Shown here: positions 26,636-39,558 of the stretch, piece after piece | Layout of the letters: each line of letters starts with the position of its first letter | How positions within the stretch are numbered: position 1 is the stretch's first letter | Source of the DNA: Octopus sinensis | Lineage: Eukaryota | Direction of reading: 5' to 3' | DNA length: 64,000 nt | NCBI RefSeq assembly: GCF_006345805.1 | Contig: NC_043023.1 | Span: 2,294,001 to 2,358,000 of the forward strand | Translations under genes and position numbers: made by a program | The notes under the pieces: model-generated | Told to the model about the DNA's origin: nothing | What the model saw: only the letters and a program-made list of their open reading frames with translations | The model's database searches: none

Positions 26636-29600
26636 GATAGTGCATGGCTGTGTGGTAAGAAGCTATAGGCAGTGCATGGCTGTGTGGTAAGAAGCTATAG
26701 GCAGATGCATGGCTGTGTGGTAAGAAGCTATAGGCAGAGGATTGGCCGTGTGGTAAGAAGCTATAGGCAGAGGTGTGGCTGTGTGGTAAGAAGCTATAGG
26801 CAGAGGAATAGCTGTGTGGTAAGAAACTATAGGCAGTGGCATGGCTGCGTGATAAGAAGACATAGGCAGAGGCATGGCTGTGTGGTAAGAAACTATAAGC
26901 AGTGGCATGGTTGTGTGGTAAGAAGATATAGGCAGAGGCATGGTTGTGTGGTAAGAAGCTATAGGCAGTGGCATGGTTGTGTGGTAAGAAGATATAGGCA
27001 GAGGCATGGTTGTGTGGTAAGAAGCTATAGGCAGTGGCATGGTTGTGTGGTAAGAAGCTATAGGCAGTGGCATGGTTGTGTGGTAAGAAACTATAGGCAG
27101 AGGCATGGTTGTGTGGTAAGAAGCTATAGGCAGTGGCATGGTTGTGTGGTAAGAAGCTATAGGCAGAGGCATGGTTGTGTGGTAAGAAACTATAGGCAGT
27201 GGCATGGTTGTGTGGTAAGAAGCTATAGGCAGTGGCATGGTTGTGTGGTAAGAAACTATAGGCAGAGGCATGGTTGTGTGGTAAGAAGCTATAGGCAGTG
27301 GCATGGTTGTGTGGTAAGAAGCTATAGGCAGTGGCATGGTTGTGTGGTAAGAAACTATAGGCAGTGGCATGGTTGTGTGGTAAGAAACTATAGGCAGTGG
27401 CATGGTTGTGTGGTAAGAAGCTATAGGCAGTGGAATGGTTGTGTGGTAAGAAGATATAGGCAGAGGCATGGCTGTGTGGTAAGAAACTATAAGCAGTGGC
27501 ATGGTTGTGTGGTAAGAAGCTATAGGCAGTGGCATGGTTGTGTGGTAAGAAGCTATAGGCAGTGGCATGGTTGTGTGGTAAGAAACTATAGGCAGTGGCA
27601 TGGTTGTGTGGTAAGAAGCTATAGGCAGAGGCATGGCTGTGTGGTAAGAAACTATAAGCAGTGGCATGGTTGTGTGGTAAGAAGCTATGGGCAGTGGCAT
27701 GGTTGTGTGGTAAGAAACTATAGGCAGTGGCATGGTTGTGTGGTAAGAAGCTATAGGCAGTGGCATGGTTGTGTGGTAAGAAGCTATAGGCAGTGGCATG
27801 GTTGTGTGGTAAGAAGATATAGGCAGAATCATGGCTGTGTGGTAAGAAACTATAGGCAGTGGCATGGTTGTGTGGTAAGAAGCTATGGGCAGTGGCATGG
27901 TTGTGTGGTAAGAAACTATAGGCAGTGGCATGGTTGTGTGGTAAGAAGCTATAGGCAGTGGCATGGTTGTGTGGTAAGAAGATATAGGCAGAGGCATGGT
28001 TGTGTGGTAAGAAACTATAGGCAGTGGCATGGTTGTGTGGTAAGAAGCTATGGGCAGTGGCATGGTTGTGTGGTAAGAAGCTATGGGCAGTGGCATGGTT
28101 GTGTGGTAAGAAACTATAGGCAGTGGCATGGTTGTGTGGTAAGAAACTATAGGCAGTGGCATGGTTGTGTGGTAAGAAACTATAGGCAGTGGCATGGTTG
28201 TGTGGTAAGAAGCTATAGGCAGTGGCATGGTTGTGTGGTAAGAAGCTATAGGCAGAGGGTTGGCAGTGTGGTAAGAAGCTATAGGCAGAGGTGTGGCTGT
28301 GTGGTAAGAAGCTATAGGCAGAGAAATAGCTGTGTATTAAGAAACTATAGGCAGTGGCATGGCTGCGTGATAAGAAGACATAGGCAGAGGCATGGCTGTG
28401 TGGTAAGAAACTATAAGCAGTGGCATGGTTGTGTGGTAAGAAGATATAGGCAGAGGCATGGTTGTGTGGTAAGAAGCTATAGGCAGTGGCATGGTTGTGT
28501 GGTAAGAACATATAGGCAGTGGCATGGTTGTGTGGTAAGAAGCTATAGGCAGTGGCATGGTTTTGATGGTAAGAAGCTATAGGCAGTGGCATGGTTGTGT
28601 GGTAAGAACTTATAGGCAGAGGCATGGTTGTGTGGTAAAAAGCTATAGGGCATAGGCAGTGGCATGGTTGTGTGGTAAGAAGCTATAGGCAGTGGCATGG
28701 TTGTGTGGTAAGAAACTATAGGCAGTGGCATGGTTGTGTGGTAAGAAACTATAGGCAGTGGCATGGTTGTGTGGTAAGAAACTATAGGCAGTGGCATGGT
28801 TGTGTGGTAAGAAGCTATAGGCAGTGGCATGGTTGTGTGGTAAGAAGATATAGGCAGAGGTATGGCTGTGTGGTAAGAAACTATAGGCAGTGGCATGGTT
28901 GTGTGGTAAGAAGCTATAGGCAGTGGCATGGTTGTGTGGTAAGAAGCTATAGGCAGTGGCATGGTTGTGTGGTAAGAAGCTATAGGCAGAGGAATAGGTG
29001 TGAGGTAAGAAACTATAGGCAGTGGCATGGCTGTGTGATAAGAAGCTATAGGCAGTGGCATGGTTGTGTGGTAAGAAACTAGGCAGTGGCATGGTTGTGT
29101 GGTAAAAAGCTATAGGCAGTGGCATGTTTGTGTGGTAAGAAACTATAGGCAGAGGCATGGTTGTGTGGTAAGAAGCTATAGGCAGTGGCATGGTTGTGTG
29201 GTAAGAAGATATAGGCAGAAGCATGGCTGTGTGGTAAGAAACTATAGGCAGTGGCATGGTTGTGTGGTAAGAAGCTATAGGCAGTGGCATGGTTGTGTGG
29301 TAAGAAGCTATAGGCAGTGGCATGGTTGTGTGGTAAGAAACTATAGGCAGTGGCATGGTTGTGTGGTAAGAAGCTATAGGCAGAGGCATGGCTGTGTGGT
29401 AAGAAACTATAAGCAGTGGCATGGTTGTGTGGTAAGAAGCTATGGGCAGTGGCATGGTTGTGTGGTAAGAAACTATAGGCAGTGGCATGGTTGTGTGGTA
29501 AGAAGCTATAGGCAGTGGCATGGTTGTGTGGTAAGAAGCTATAGGCAGTGGCATGGTTGTGTGGTAAGAAGCTATAGGCAGTGGCATGGTTGTGTGGTAA

Positions 29601-30385
29601 GAAGCTATAGGCAGTGGCTTGTTGTGTGGTAAGAGATATAGGCAGAATCATGGCTGTGTGGTAAGAAACTATAGGCAGTGGCATGTTTGTGGTAAGAAGC
29701 TATGGCCAGTGGCATGGTTGTGTGGTAAGAAACTATAGGCAGTGGCATGGTTGTGTGGTAAGAGCTATAGGCAGTGCAATGGTTTGTGGTAGAAGATATA
29801 GGCAGAGCATGCTGTGTGGTAAGAAACTATAGGCAGTGGCATGGTTGTGTGGTAAGAAGCTATGGGCAGTGGCATGGTTGTGTGGTAAGAAACTATAGGC
29901 AGTGGCATGGTTGTGTGGTAAGAAACTATAGGCAGTGGCATGGTTGTGTGGTAAGAAGCTATAGGCAGTGGCATGGTTGTGTGGTAAGAAGCTATAGGCA
30001 GTGGCATGGTTGTGTGGTAAGAAGCTATAGGCAGTGGCATGGTTGTGTGGTAAGAAGCTATAGACAGAGGCATGGTTGTGTGGTAAGAAGCTATAGGTAG
30101 AGGAATAGCTCTGTGGTAAGAAACTCTAGGCAGTGGCAGGGCTGTGTGATAAGAAGCTATAGGCAGTGGCATGGTTTTGTGGTAAGAAGCTATAGGCAGA
30201 GGAATAGCTGTTTGGTAAGAAGCTATAGGCAGAGGTGTGGCTGTGTGGTAAGAAGCTATAGGCAGTGGCATGGTTTTGTGGTAAGAAACTATAGGCAGTG
30301 GCATGGTTGTGTGGTAAGAAGCTATAGGCAGTGGCATGCTGTGTGGTAAGAAGCTATAGGCAGTGGCATGCTGTGTGGTAAGATG
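26636..30385 (+). repeat. 33-bp satellite (about 113 units) derived from a SINE A-like 5' head
   Basis: Unit tataggcagtggcatggttgtgtggtaagaagc; the last unit continues into a SINE body (cttgcttcc..gggttcagtcc, to ~30515). Confidence 0.92.
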
Positions 30386-30545
30386 CTTGCTTCCTAAATT
30401 CATGGTCCTGGGTTCAGTCCTAGTGGCAGCTTGGGTGAGTGTTTTTTATTATTGCCTTGGACCAACCAGTTTTTTGATGTCTTTGGTAGTTGGAAACTGA
30501 AAGAAGCCTGTCACACGCACACATACACTTATAGATAAATAGATA

Positions 30546-30709
30546 GGTGCAGGTGTTGCTGTGTGGTAAGTAGCTTGCTTACCAACCACATGGTTCTGGG
30601 TTCAGTCCCACTGCATGGCACCTGGGCAAGTGTCTTCTACTATAGCCTCGGGCTGACCAAAGCCTTGTGAGTGGATTTGGTAGACAGAAACTGAAAGAAG
30701 CCCATTGTA

Positions 30710-30748
<39 letters not shown>

Positions 30749-30965
30749 TTGTGTGTCTGTGTTAGTCCCCCCAACATTACTTGACAACCGATGCTGGTGT
30801 GTATATGTCCCCGTAACTCAGCAGTTTGGCAAAAGAGACTGATGGAATCAGTACTAGGCTTACAAAGAATAATTCCTGGGCTCGATTTGCTCAACTAAAG
30901 GCAGTGCTCCAGCATGGCCACAGTCAAATGACTGAAACAAGTAAAATAGCTAAAAGGGTAAAGAG
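30546..30965 (+). mobile_element. SINE family A
   Basis: Full-length match. Confidence 0.85.
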
Positions 30966-31024
30966 TACATATATATACACATATATATATATATATTTAC
31001 ATGCCCATATATATATATATACAT

Positions 31025-31325
31025 CACTTTTTAAGGCTTTTTCTATGGAATTTTCTATAGAAATTATAACCAGCACTAATTTGTTATGACATTTCATATC
31101 TGAATACATCTAATGCAAAACAATGGGATCAAAGATGGAAAGATAGATAATAGATACTGTAGAAAGGACAAAAACTCCTGAAACCTGCATATACACCCTT
31201 TACCTAATTTTCATCTTCGATTTCATTGTTGCTTAAATTCGACATATTTGGATATGAAACATTGTAACAAATCAGTGCTAGCTATAATTTCTAGAGAAAA
31301 TTCTGTAGAGATAATCATAAAAAGG
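31025..31325. mobile_element. Old MITE-like fold-back (~120-bp arms)
   Basis: gaattttctatagaaattataaccagcact.. is complementary to ..agtgctagctataatttctagagaaaattc. Confidence 0.6.
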
Positions 31326-31602
31326 AATTTAATAGCACTGCTAACACAGTAGGACATAGCATTTGGTTTACAAAACTGTTTGAAATACTTAGTAGTACAT
31401 TATGGTTCCATAATGAATTACAGTGTCACTCCATGTAAATGGCTGTGTGGTAAGAACCTTGCTTCCCAACCACATGATTCCAGGTTCAGTTCTACATGAT
31501 GGCACCTTGGGCAAGTGTTTTCTACTATAGCCTCAGGCCAACCAATGTCTTGTAAGCGGATTTGGTAGACGAGAACTGAAAGAAGCCCATCGTGTGTATA
31601 TA

Positions 31603-31649
<47 letters not shown>

Positions 31650-31747
31650 CGGGAAGCTTTATGAAAATAGACAAAAGACGAAGGCAGGTGGAAAACAAAC
31701 AAACAATTGTATTAGTATGGCGCTCAGGAAATATAAATAAAACAAGT

Positions 31748-31783
31748 CTTTAACGTTTCGAGCCTATGCTCTTCAACAGAAAG
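31748..31783 (-). ncRNA. Minimal hammerhead-like motif of the Penelope terminus
   Basis: cttt-CTGTTGA-agagc/atag/gctc-GAAA-CG-TT-aaag; A6U core variant with no intramolecular stem III. Confidence 0.55.
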
Positions 31784-32569
31784 ATACACAGAGAGAAAAA
31801 AACACAGAAAGAAGGAGAGAAAAAAAATGCGTGCAGTAACTAACGAACCAACATGGCGATCTGATTTCGGCCAGAAGTCAAAGATCAAACATGTGACGCG
31901 AGAGCGAAATAAGGGGAGATAATAGGATTGAGTGACCAGCTCCAACATAAGGGTGTGTGTGTGTGTGTGTGTGTATGAGAGAGTATTAGTGCGTATGAGA
32001 GGTCTGGACATGTGTATGTATAGGGTTGGTGTATGTATTAGTATGTATTAGTATGTATTAGTATGTATTAGTATGTATAAGGGTGTGTGTGTGTGTGTGT
32101 CTATGAGAGAGTATTAGTGCGTATGAGAGGTCTGGACGTGTGTATGTATAGGGTTGGTGTATGTATTAGTATGTATTAGTATGTATTAGTATGTATAAGG
32201 GTGTGTGTGTGTGTGTGTGTATGAGAGAGTATTAGTGCGTATGAGAGGTCTGGACGTGTGTATGTATTAGTATGTATTAGTTGGTGTATGTATTAGTATG
32301 GCACATCATATATGATGTGATGTGTAAAGTCATGTGGTGTAGTGTGGAGAGAGGAGAAGAGGGGAGGGAGGAGAGAGAGGAAGGGAGGAGGAGGGGAAGA
32401 GGAAAGAGGGAGAGGGGGAGAGAGAAGGGGAGTGAGGAAGCAGAGGGAAGGGGAAGAGGGAAGGAGGGAGGGAGAAAGAGGGAAGAAGGGAAGGGGAGTA
32501 GGGGTGAAAGATGAAGGACTGAAGAAGTAGGGTCGGGGGGAAAGGTAGGTGAGGAGGGGGGAGAGGGGC

Positions 32570-33490
32570 TTAGATGAGGAGGGGGGGAGAGTTGAGACCA
32601 AATGGCGTATAAGAGCGAAGAGAGAAGATTAATTCCTGTTCACGGCGCAAACGGGAATCCGGATGGCCTCTGTGTAAGGACAAACCGAACACAGATAGGT
32701 GTTGCAAGGAGTGACCGGTGGAGCGGAAATGGCAAGAGACCGGTGTGTCGTTCGCAAGGTGGATGTCACGAAGGTGTTCCGCGAACCGGTCAGCCAAGCG
32801 GCGTCCCGTTTGTCCGATGTACAAGGAATGGCAGAGAGAGCAAGAGACGCAATAGATAATATTGCTGGAAGTGCAGGTGAAAGAGTGGATGATGGGATAG
32901 GGTCGATGATGGGTGCTAGTGAGGAGGGTGGTGTTGGAGAGGTAAGGGCAAGTGCGGCAACGTGGGCGGGAGCAGGGGAACGAGCCGGGTTGGGAGGTAG
33001 GGTCAGGGAAGGAGCTATGGACCAAAAGGTCTCGAAGGTTGTGGGCTCGTTTGAAAGAGGGGAGGGGTCGGTTAGGGAAGAGGTGTGAAGTGGACGGGTC
33101 GGACTGGAGATGATGGAAAGCTCGAAGAATGGTGCGTTGGAGAGGTAGGGTCGTGGGGTGGTAAGTGAGGGGAAAAGAGAGGCGGGAGACTACAGGGCGG
33201 GTTCGGGGAGAGAGAGCAGATACACGGTCCACGGACCGTGCTCTGGCAAGGGCGGTGTGGATAGTGGTGAGGGGGTATCCACGTAGGGTGAAGTGGTGAG
33301 CCATACGTTGAGACTGAGTCTCAAAGTCATGGTCGTCACTACAGAGCCTACGTAGACGGAGGAATTGGGAATAGGGGATGGAAAGCTTGGTGTGTTCTGG
33401 GTGGGAGGAAGAGAAGTTGAGGTATGAGTGTGAGTCTGTGTGTTTGTAGTGAATGGAGGTGGTAAGAGTGGAGTGAAGAATGCTAACCGA
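32570..33490 (-). CDS. Penelope RT thumb, Cys linker and GIY-YIG endonuclease (N-terminally truncated)
   Basis: IHYKHTDSHSYLNFSSSHPEHTKLSIPYSQFLRLRRLCS; CSRPRCRTC; NIIYCVSCSLCHSLYIGQTGRRLADRFAEH; FGLN. The ORF-track start at 33598 is microsatellite read-through. Confidence 0.88.
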   Translation of the reverse strand, partial: SVSILHSTLTTSIHYKHTDSHSYLNFSSSHPEHTKLSIPYSQFLRLRRLCSDDHDFETQSQRMAHHFTLRGYPLTTIHTALARARSVDRVSALSPRTRPVVSRLSFPLTYHPTTLPLQRTILRAFHHLQSDPSTSHLFPNRPLPSFKRAHNLRDLLVHSSFPDPTSQPGSFPCSRPRCRTCPYLSNTTLLTSTHHRPYPIIHSFTCTSSNIIYCVSCSLCHSLYIGQTGRRLADRFAEHLRDIHLANDTPVSCHFRSTGHSLQHLSVFGLSLHRGHPDSRLRREQELIFSLRSYTPFGLNSPPLLI

Positions 33491-33651
33491 ATATATATAT
33501 ATATATATATACACATATATAACAACCTCGAGCACACAAGTGCAAACAAGAGAGACAGAAAGGCAGAAACAAGGAAAATGCCACTTATATTTGAACACTC
33601 CTTTAAAAAAGCTTTTTTTAAAATTTTTCTAAATTTAATTATTTAATCGTT

Positions 33652-33692
33652 ACGGTTGAAAAGGTCTCAAAATGACCGAAACCGGTACTGAA
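33652..33692 (+). ncRNA. Degenerate hammerhead-like motif
   Basis: ttgaaaa-ggtc..gacc-GAAA-ccgg-TA; palindromic stem III, mutated core. Confidence 0.4.
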
Positions 33693-33742
33693 ATGTTCTT
33701 TATAAAATTATTTTAGCATTTTCTATCTTGACTTGTTTTTTC

Positions 33743-33780
<38 letters not shown>

Positions 33781-33944
33781 ATGCGTGCATGATTTTGTGT
33801 CTGTGTTTGTTTCCCTATCACTGCTTGACAACTGGTGTTGGTGTGTTTACGCCCCTGTAACTTAGTGGTTCAGCAAAAGTGGCTGATAGTATATATATAG
33901 AAAACACTATAGTGTGTGTATATCCTTTTTTAAGTCTTTTATGC

Positions 33945-34500
33945 TGTAGCACCACCTTTTAGTCAAACAAATCGACCCCAGGACTTATTCTTTGTAAGCC
34001 TAGTACTTATTCTATCGGTCCCTTTTACTGAACTGCTAAGTTACAGGAACATAAACACACCGGCATTGGTTGTCAAGCGACAGTGGGGAGGACAAACACA
34101 GACAAACAAATACATACATACATATATACATATGACAGGCTTCTTTCAGTTTCCATCTACTAAATCCACTCACAAGGCTTTGGTTGGCCCAAGGCTATAG
34201 TAGAAGATACTTGCTCAAGGTGTCACACAGTGGGACTGAACCCGGAACCACTTGAATATACATATATATAGAGAGAGAGTGAGAGATGTATGAGTTTATG
34301 TTTCTGTTTGTCCCCACCACCACCACCACTTGATGACCAGTGTCAGTTTGTTTATGTTCCTGTAGCTTAGCAGTATTGCAAAAGAGACCAATAGACTTTT
34401 AAAAAAAGTTCTGAGATTGATGCATTTGACTAAAATCTATCAATGCAGTGCTCCAGCATGGCCACAGTCTAATGATTGAAACAAGTAAAATATAAAAGAG
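33945..34500. mobile_element. SINE A (-) and an older SINE A 3' half (+)
   Basis: Consensus matches. Confidence 0.75.
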
Positions 34501-35531
34501 AAAGTATTTACCATACTTTGCTTCTGTTCGTGTCTGAGCAGACTTGAATGTACGCTCGTTAACATTTTTTTGATTTTATTTAATTTAATTTTTTTGTTAA
34601 TTATTTTTGTTTTTATGCAATAAACACATGTTCCATTTAGCTCGTTAAATTTGCAAAACAAAAAAAAAAATAATAATAAAAAGTAAAAAATCTTCGTCAA
34701 AGTTCAGTAGAATTAAAATTTAATTTAAAAAATCACACTTAGTCACAATACAATAACAACATCTACCAAAAGAGTGTAAAAAAAATACGATACAAAAATG
34801 ATCGCCGTAAACTTTTGAGTTCGTGATTGTCTCTTCCATGAAAATGGTAAATTTTGTTTTCGTCTTGGTATAATTCTGACATGTCTAGCAAGAAGCATGA
34901 GATTGGGACGTGGGGGAAAGTATGGAATTGGTTTGGTAGATTGGGGTGGATGGAAGGCCGGTATGGCTTTGTGGTTAGGAGCGGATGTGTGTTTGGTTGT
35001 TGACTGTTCAAGAAGGAAGTCGGGTTCGCATCCATCATGTTCTTACATTTCCTTCGACTGTGGAAGTGATATTTTGGTCTTTGGTTTACCAATACACACA
35101 CATGCATACACTGACTGTCGGGTAGTGGTGGTGGTGGTGGGACAAACACAGAGACAAAGACACCCACACCTAGGTGTGTGTATTATGGCCATCTCTTATG
35201 TGGTTAATTGTACACTGTGTTTATATGAATAACAAGCAAAACGTGAAAAAACATTCGAGCATGGACGTTGCCAGTGCTGCTGGACTGGCTCCCATGCAGG
35301 TGGCACACAAAAAGCACCATTTAAGTGTGGCCATTGCCAGTACCGCCTGACTGGCCCTCGTGCTGGTGTCACGTAAAAGCACCCTCTACACTCTCAGAGT
35401 GGTTCGCATTAGGAAGGGCATCCAGCTGTAGAAACTTTGCCAGATCAGATTGAAGTCTGAGGCAGCTATCTGGTTCGCCAGTCCCCAGTCAAATCGTCCA
35501 GCCCATGCTGGCATGGAAAGCAGACATTAAA

Positions 35532-35770
35532 TAATGATGACGACGATGATGATGATTATGATGACTGTGATGATGATGATCGTGATGGTAGTGGTGATGG
35601 TGATTAGTACGATAGTGATGTTGATAGTGGTGATGATGGTTATAATAATGATGATGGTAATAATGGTGATGGTAATGATGAGGATGATGATGGTAATGGT
35701 GATGATGGTAATAATGATAATGATGGTGTTGAAGATGATGATGATGGTGATGAAGATGATGATGATGATC
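35532..35770. repeat. (GAT/GGT)n microsatellite extending from a family C tail
   Basis: Visible directly. Confidence 0.9.
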
Positions 35771-36752
35771 ATCTATATGTATGATCTGTTGGTGAAGGTA
35801 ATCAGAGGCGTGGCTGTGTGGTACTCTACAAACACTTTCTCTCCCCTTAAAATAGGGACCACTTTAGTCACCGATTGTGTTTCAATGGAGGTACTTGACC
35901 TTACCGAATATAACAGCCAAATCTCTCACTAAGTAAACTGCTTTGTCTCTTTAAAATAGGGGCCGTATTTAGCAGTGTGGGAGCTTCTGTGTTGTCAGAA
36001 TAACAGCAACAAGAAAACAACAGAATCCAAAACAGCAACTACAACAACAACAACAGTTACAGCAACAATGTCAACAAGAATAAAAGCAGCAATGACAACA
36101 ACAATTACTTCTAGAACAACAATGACAACCAAAACCAGCAAAAAAAATACAAAATTATACGTAAAAAAAAAATAATATGCAGCAAAAAAGAGGGAAAAAC
36201 AAGGAAAAAAATGGCTGCCAAAAAAACGAAAAGATGACAAAATGGAGAACACAAAAGCTATAGTGAAAAACAAAGAGGGCCAATTATAGCATGGAAAAAT
36301 ACATTTTCTATGAAATTATTTCATTGAGAATAAAGGAAGGGAAGGAAAGGACCCCACTCCCTGCCAAACATCCCCACCACAACTATCATCATCATCAGAA
36401 AAAGAAGAAGAAGAAAAGGTATCACAGACCCAAATTAGATAAAAAAGAAATTAAATGAATTCTCTCCCCTTATGTAGCCCCCTCCCCGACACCACAATAT
36501 ATATATATATATATAGATATACATACATGCATACATGTATGTATATATGCTCACAAATATTATATACATATTTTTATACATGCACACAGATATATAAATA
36601 CAAATAAATGTGTATTCAAAAAATATATGTTCATGTGTGTATGAATGTATACATGCATACAACAATATATATATATATATATTATATATATATACACACA
36701 CACTAATGTGTATGGATATATTTATATTTATGAGTGTGTGTACGTATATATG

Positions 36753-36784
<32 letters not shown>

Positions 36785-37704
36785 TGTACATATACATATG
36801 TATATATACGTATATATATGTGTATATATATATATGCATATACATTTTATATACATACTTATGAATCTATAACTATGCAAATATGTATGTATATATCTGT
36901 TTATCTAGCTATCTATACACACACATGTATATACAATTTTTGTATATATGTATGCATGAACATGTATGCAACAGTAATATCTAAACACACACATATACAC
37001 ATCCATATATATATATATATATATATATAGATATATATATATATATAATATATATATGTATATATGTGTGTGTGTGTGTGTGTATATGTATGTACGTATA
37101 TATATATATATATATACACACGCATGCATATATACACAATCAAAAAAACAACACAACAGCCCTCACCCTGAAAGAAAAAAAAACCATTAGCAGATATCAA
37201 AAACAGAAACACAAAAAAAACCCCATCACACTTCACCCATACCCACCAAAAAATAAAAAAAAAGAGCCTACACCAACGGCCCCATCGTATCTGCCTCTTC
37301 TCCCCTCTTCCTCTTCAACCAATATCCCATCCGAGCACCGTAAAATGTTGACTAATAAGATTGCAGAGAAAGACAAATTGAATTTTACAAAGTTCGTCAT
37401 TATTCTGGTAGGAAGTTCTTTAGCAATGATATTCTGCTTGTGCCAAATCTATCGATTTGGTGCCGTAATCTCCTTAAGCAAATTTTATTGGTGAAATGTA
37501 ATGCCTGTACATGCCTTAATATGATGAGTAGATGGGGGGAGTATTGCGTATGGTGCTGTGTGTTTGTATGTCTCTGTTTTTGGTTACTATGTGGGTTTTC
37601 TCTCTATGTATCACTATTGCTCTCTTGGAATATATATATATCATCATCATCATCATCATCAGATATGTATATATATGTATATATATATATAGATATAGAT
37701 ATGT

Positions 37705-37773
<69 letters not shown>

Positions 37774-38499
37774 TTATATATATGTATGTATATGTTTCTG
37801 TCAGTATTAGTAATAGTTACGTGTAAGAACGTACATATATATAATGTTATATGCATAAAAGCATAAATCCATACATATATGTATATGTATAAATATATAT
37901 GCATACACACATATATGTATATATAGAGAGAATGAGAGAGAAAGAAGGCATGTTTTGCCTTCTCTCTCTCTCTCTCTCTCCATACATATACTTTTTTTAT
38001 TTTTTAAACTTTTTTACTTGTTTCAGTCATTTGACTGTGGCCATGCTGGAGCATACATATATATATATATATATATATCAACATCATCATCGTCTAACAT
38101 CCATTTTCCAAGCTAGCATGGGTTGGACGATTTGACTCAGGACTGGTGAACGAGATGACTACACCAGGCTCAAGTCTGATCTGGCAGAGTTTCTACAGTT
38201 AGATGCCCTTCCTAACGCCAACCACTCTAAGAATGTAGTGGGAGCTTTTACATGCCACCGGCACAAGGGCCAGTCAGGTGGTACTGGCAACAGCCACACT
38301 CAAATGGTGTTTTTTACGTGCCACCTGCGCAGGAGCCAGTCCAGCAGCAATGCCAACAACCTTGCTCAAATGTTTTTTTTCATGTGCCGGTGGCACAAGT
38401 GCCAGTAAGGCGACACTGGTAACGATTAGGCTGGAATGTGCTTTTTATATTCCACCATATATGTATATATATATAGATATAGATATGTATATATATGTA

Positions 38500-38561
<62 letters not shown>

Positions 38562-38564
38562 TAT

Positions 38565-39163
38565 AGGCACAGGCATGGCTGTGTGGTATGACGCTTACTT
38601 CCCAATCACATGTTTCTGAGTTCAGTCCCATTGCATGATACCTGGGTAAGTGTCTTCTACTAAAACCTTGTAAGGAGATTTGGTAAAGGGAAATTAAAAG
38701 AAGCCCGTTGAATGTGTGTGTCTGTTTCTGTGTTTGTCTTCCCAACATCGCTTGACAACTGCTGTTGGTGTGCTTATGCCCCTGTAACTTAGCAGTTCAG
38801 CAAAAGAGACTGATAGAATAAGTACCAGGCTTTAAACACAAGTGCTGGGGTTGATACATTCAATTAAGTGTTATTGAAAGTGGTGCCGCAGCATGGCCGC
38901 AGTCTAGTGACTGAAACAAGTAAAAGATATATATGTTTATATTCTTTTACTTGTTTCAGTCATCTGACTGTGAACATGTTGGAGCACAGCCTTTAATCAA
39001 GCAAATCTACCCCAGGACTTATTATTTGTAAGCCTAATACTTATCCTATTGGTTTCTTTTGCTGAACCACTAACTTACGGGGATGTAAACACACCAGCAT
39101 CAGTTGTTAAGTAACGGTGGTGGGGACAAAACCAGACACACAAAATATATATATAGATATATA

Positions 39164-39205
<42 letters not shown>

Positions 39206-39558
39206 ATATATATATATATATATAGTTAATCCAAAACAAAAAACAAAAAAAACACAACAACGCAAGGACGTGGAACAAATAAAGTATTATTGGACGCTCA
39301 GGAAAGAAGGGAAGAAGGAGGGTTTTAACATTTCGAGCGGAGCTCTTTGTCGGAAACATAGGAGAAGGAAAGATCCAGAGAAGGGAAGACAGAGGAAAAA
39401 AAAATCACCAGTGGTACTCATGAGGTCACATACGAGGTCATATATATATATATATACATATATACGACAGGCTTCTTTCAGTTTCCGTCTACGAAATCCA
39501 CTCATAAGGCTTTGGTCGGCCCGAGGCTATAGTAGAAGTCACTTGCCCAAGGTGCCAC
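38565..39558. mobile_element. SINE A (+, 38565-38928) and split SINE A (-, 38942-39140 plus 39463-39558)
   Basis: The second copy is interrupted in its central (TA)n. Confidence 0.8.
39225..39440 (-). mobile_element. Penelope-type terminus with minimal HHR-like motif
   Basis: Minus strand ccgacaa-agagc/tcc/gctc-GAAA-tgtt at 39327-39353; shares the cgctcaggaaa block with ~31720. Confidence 0.6.

Larger units (their letters stand above)
31649..33490 (-). mobile_element. 5'-truncated Penelope-like retroelement (Neptune-like) flanked by (TA)n
   Basis: ORF remnant, pyrimidine-rich 3' UTR with internal repeats, and a terminal region with a minimal HHR-like motif. Confidence 0.88.

Noticed and set aside
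26636-30385. CRISPR-like appearance of the 33-bp array
   Set aside because: Units are contiguous with no unique spacers, there are no cas genes, and the context is eukaryotic
26628-30403. Long ORFs (665, 636, 521 aa and others) with 11-aa repeats
   Set aside because: A 33-bp unit without stops in several frames is open on both strands; the unit is SINE-derived and there is no unique coding flank
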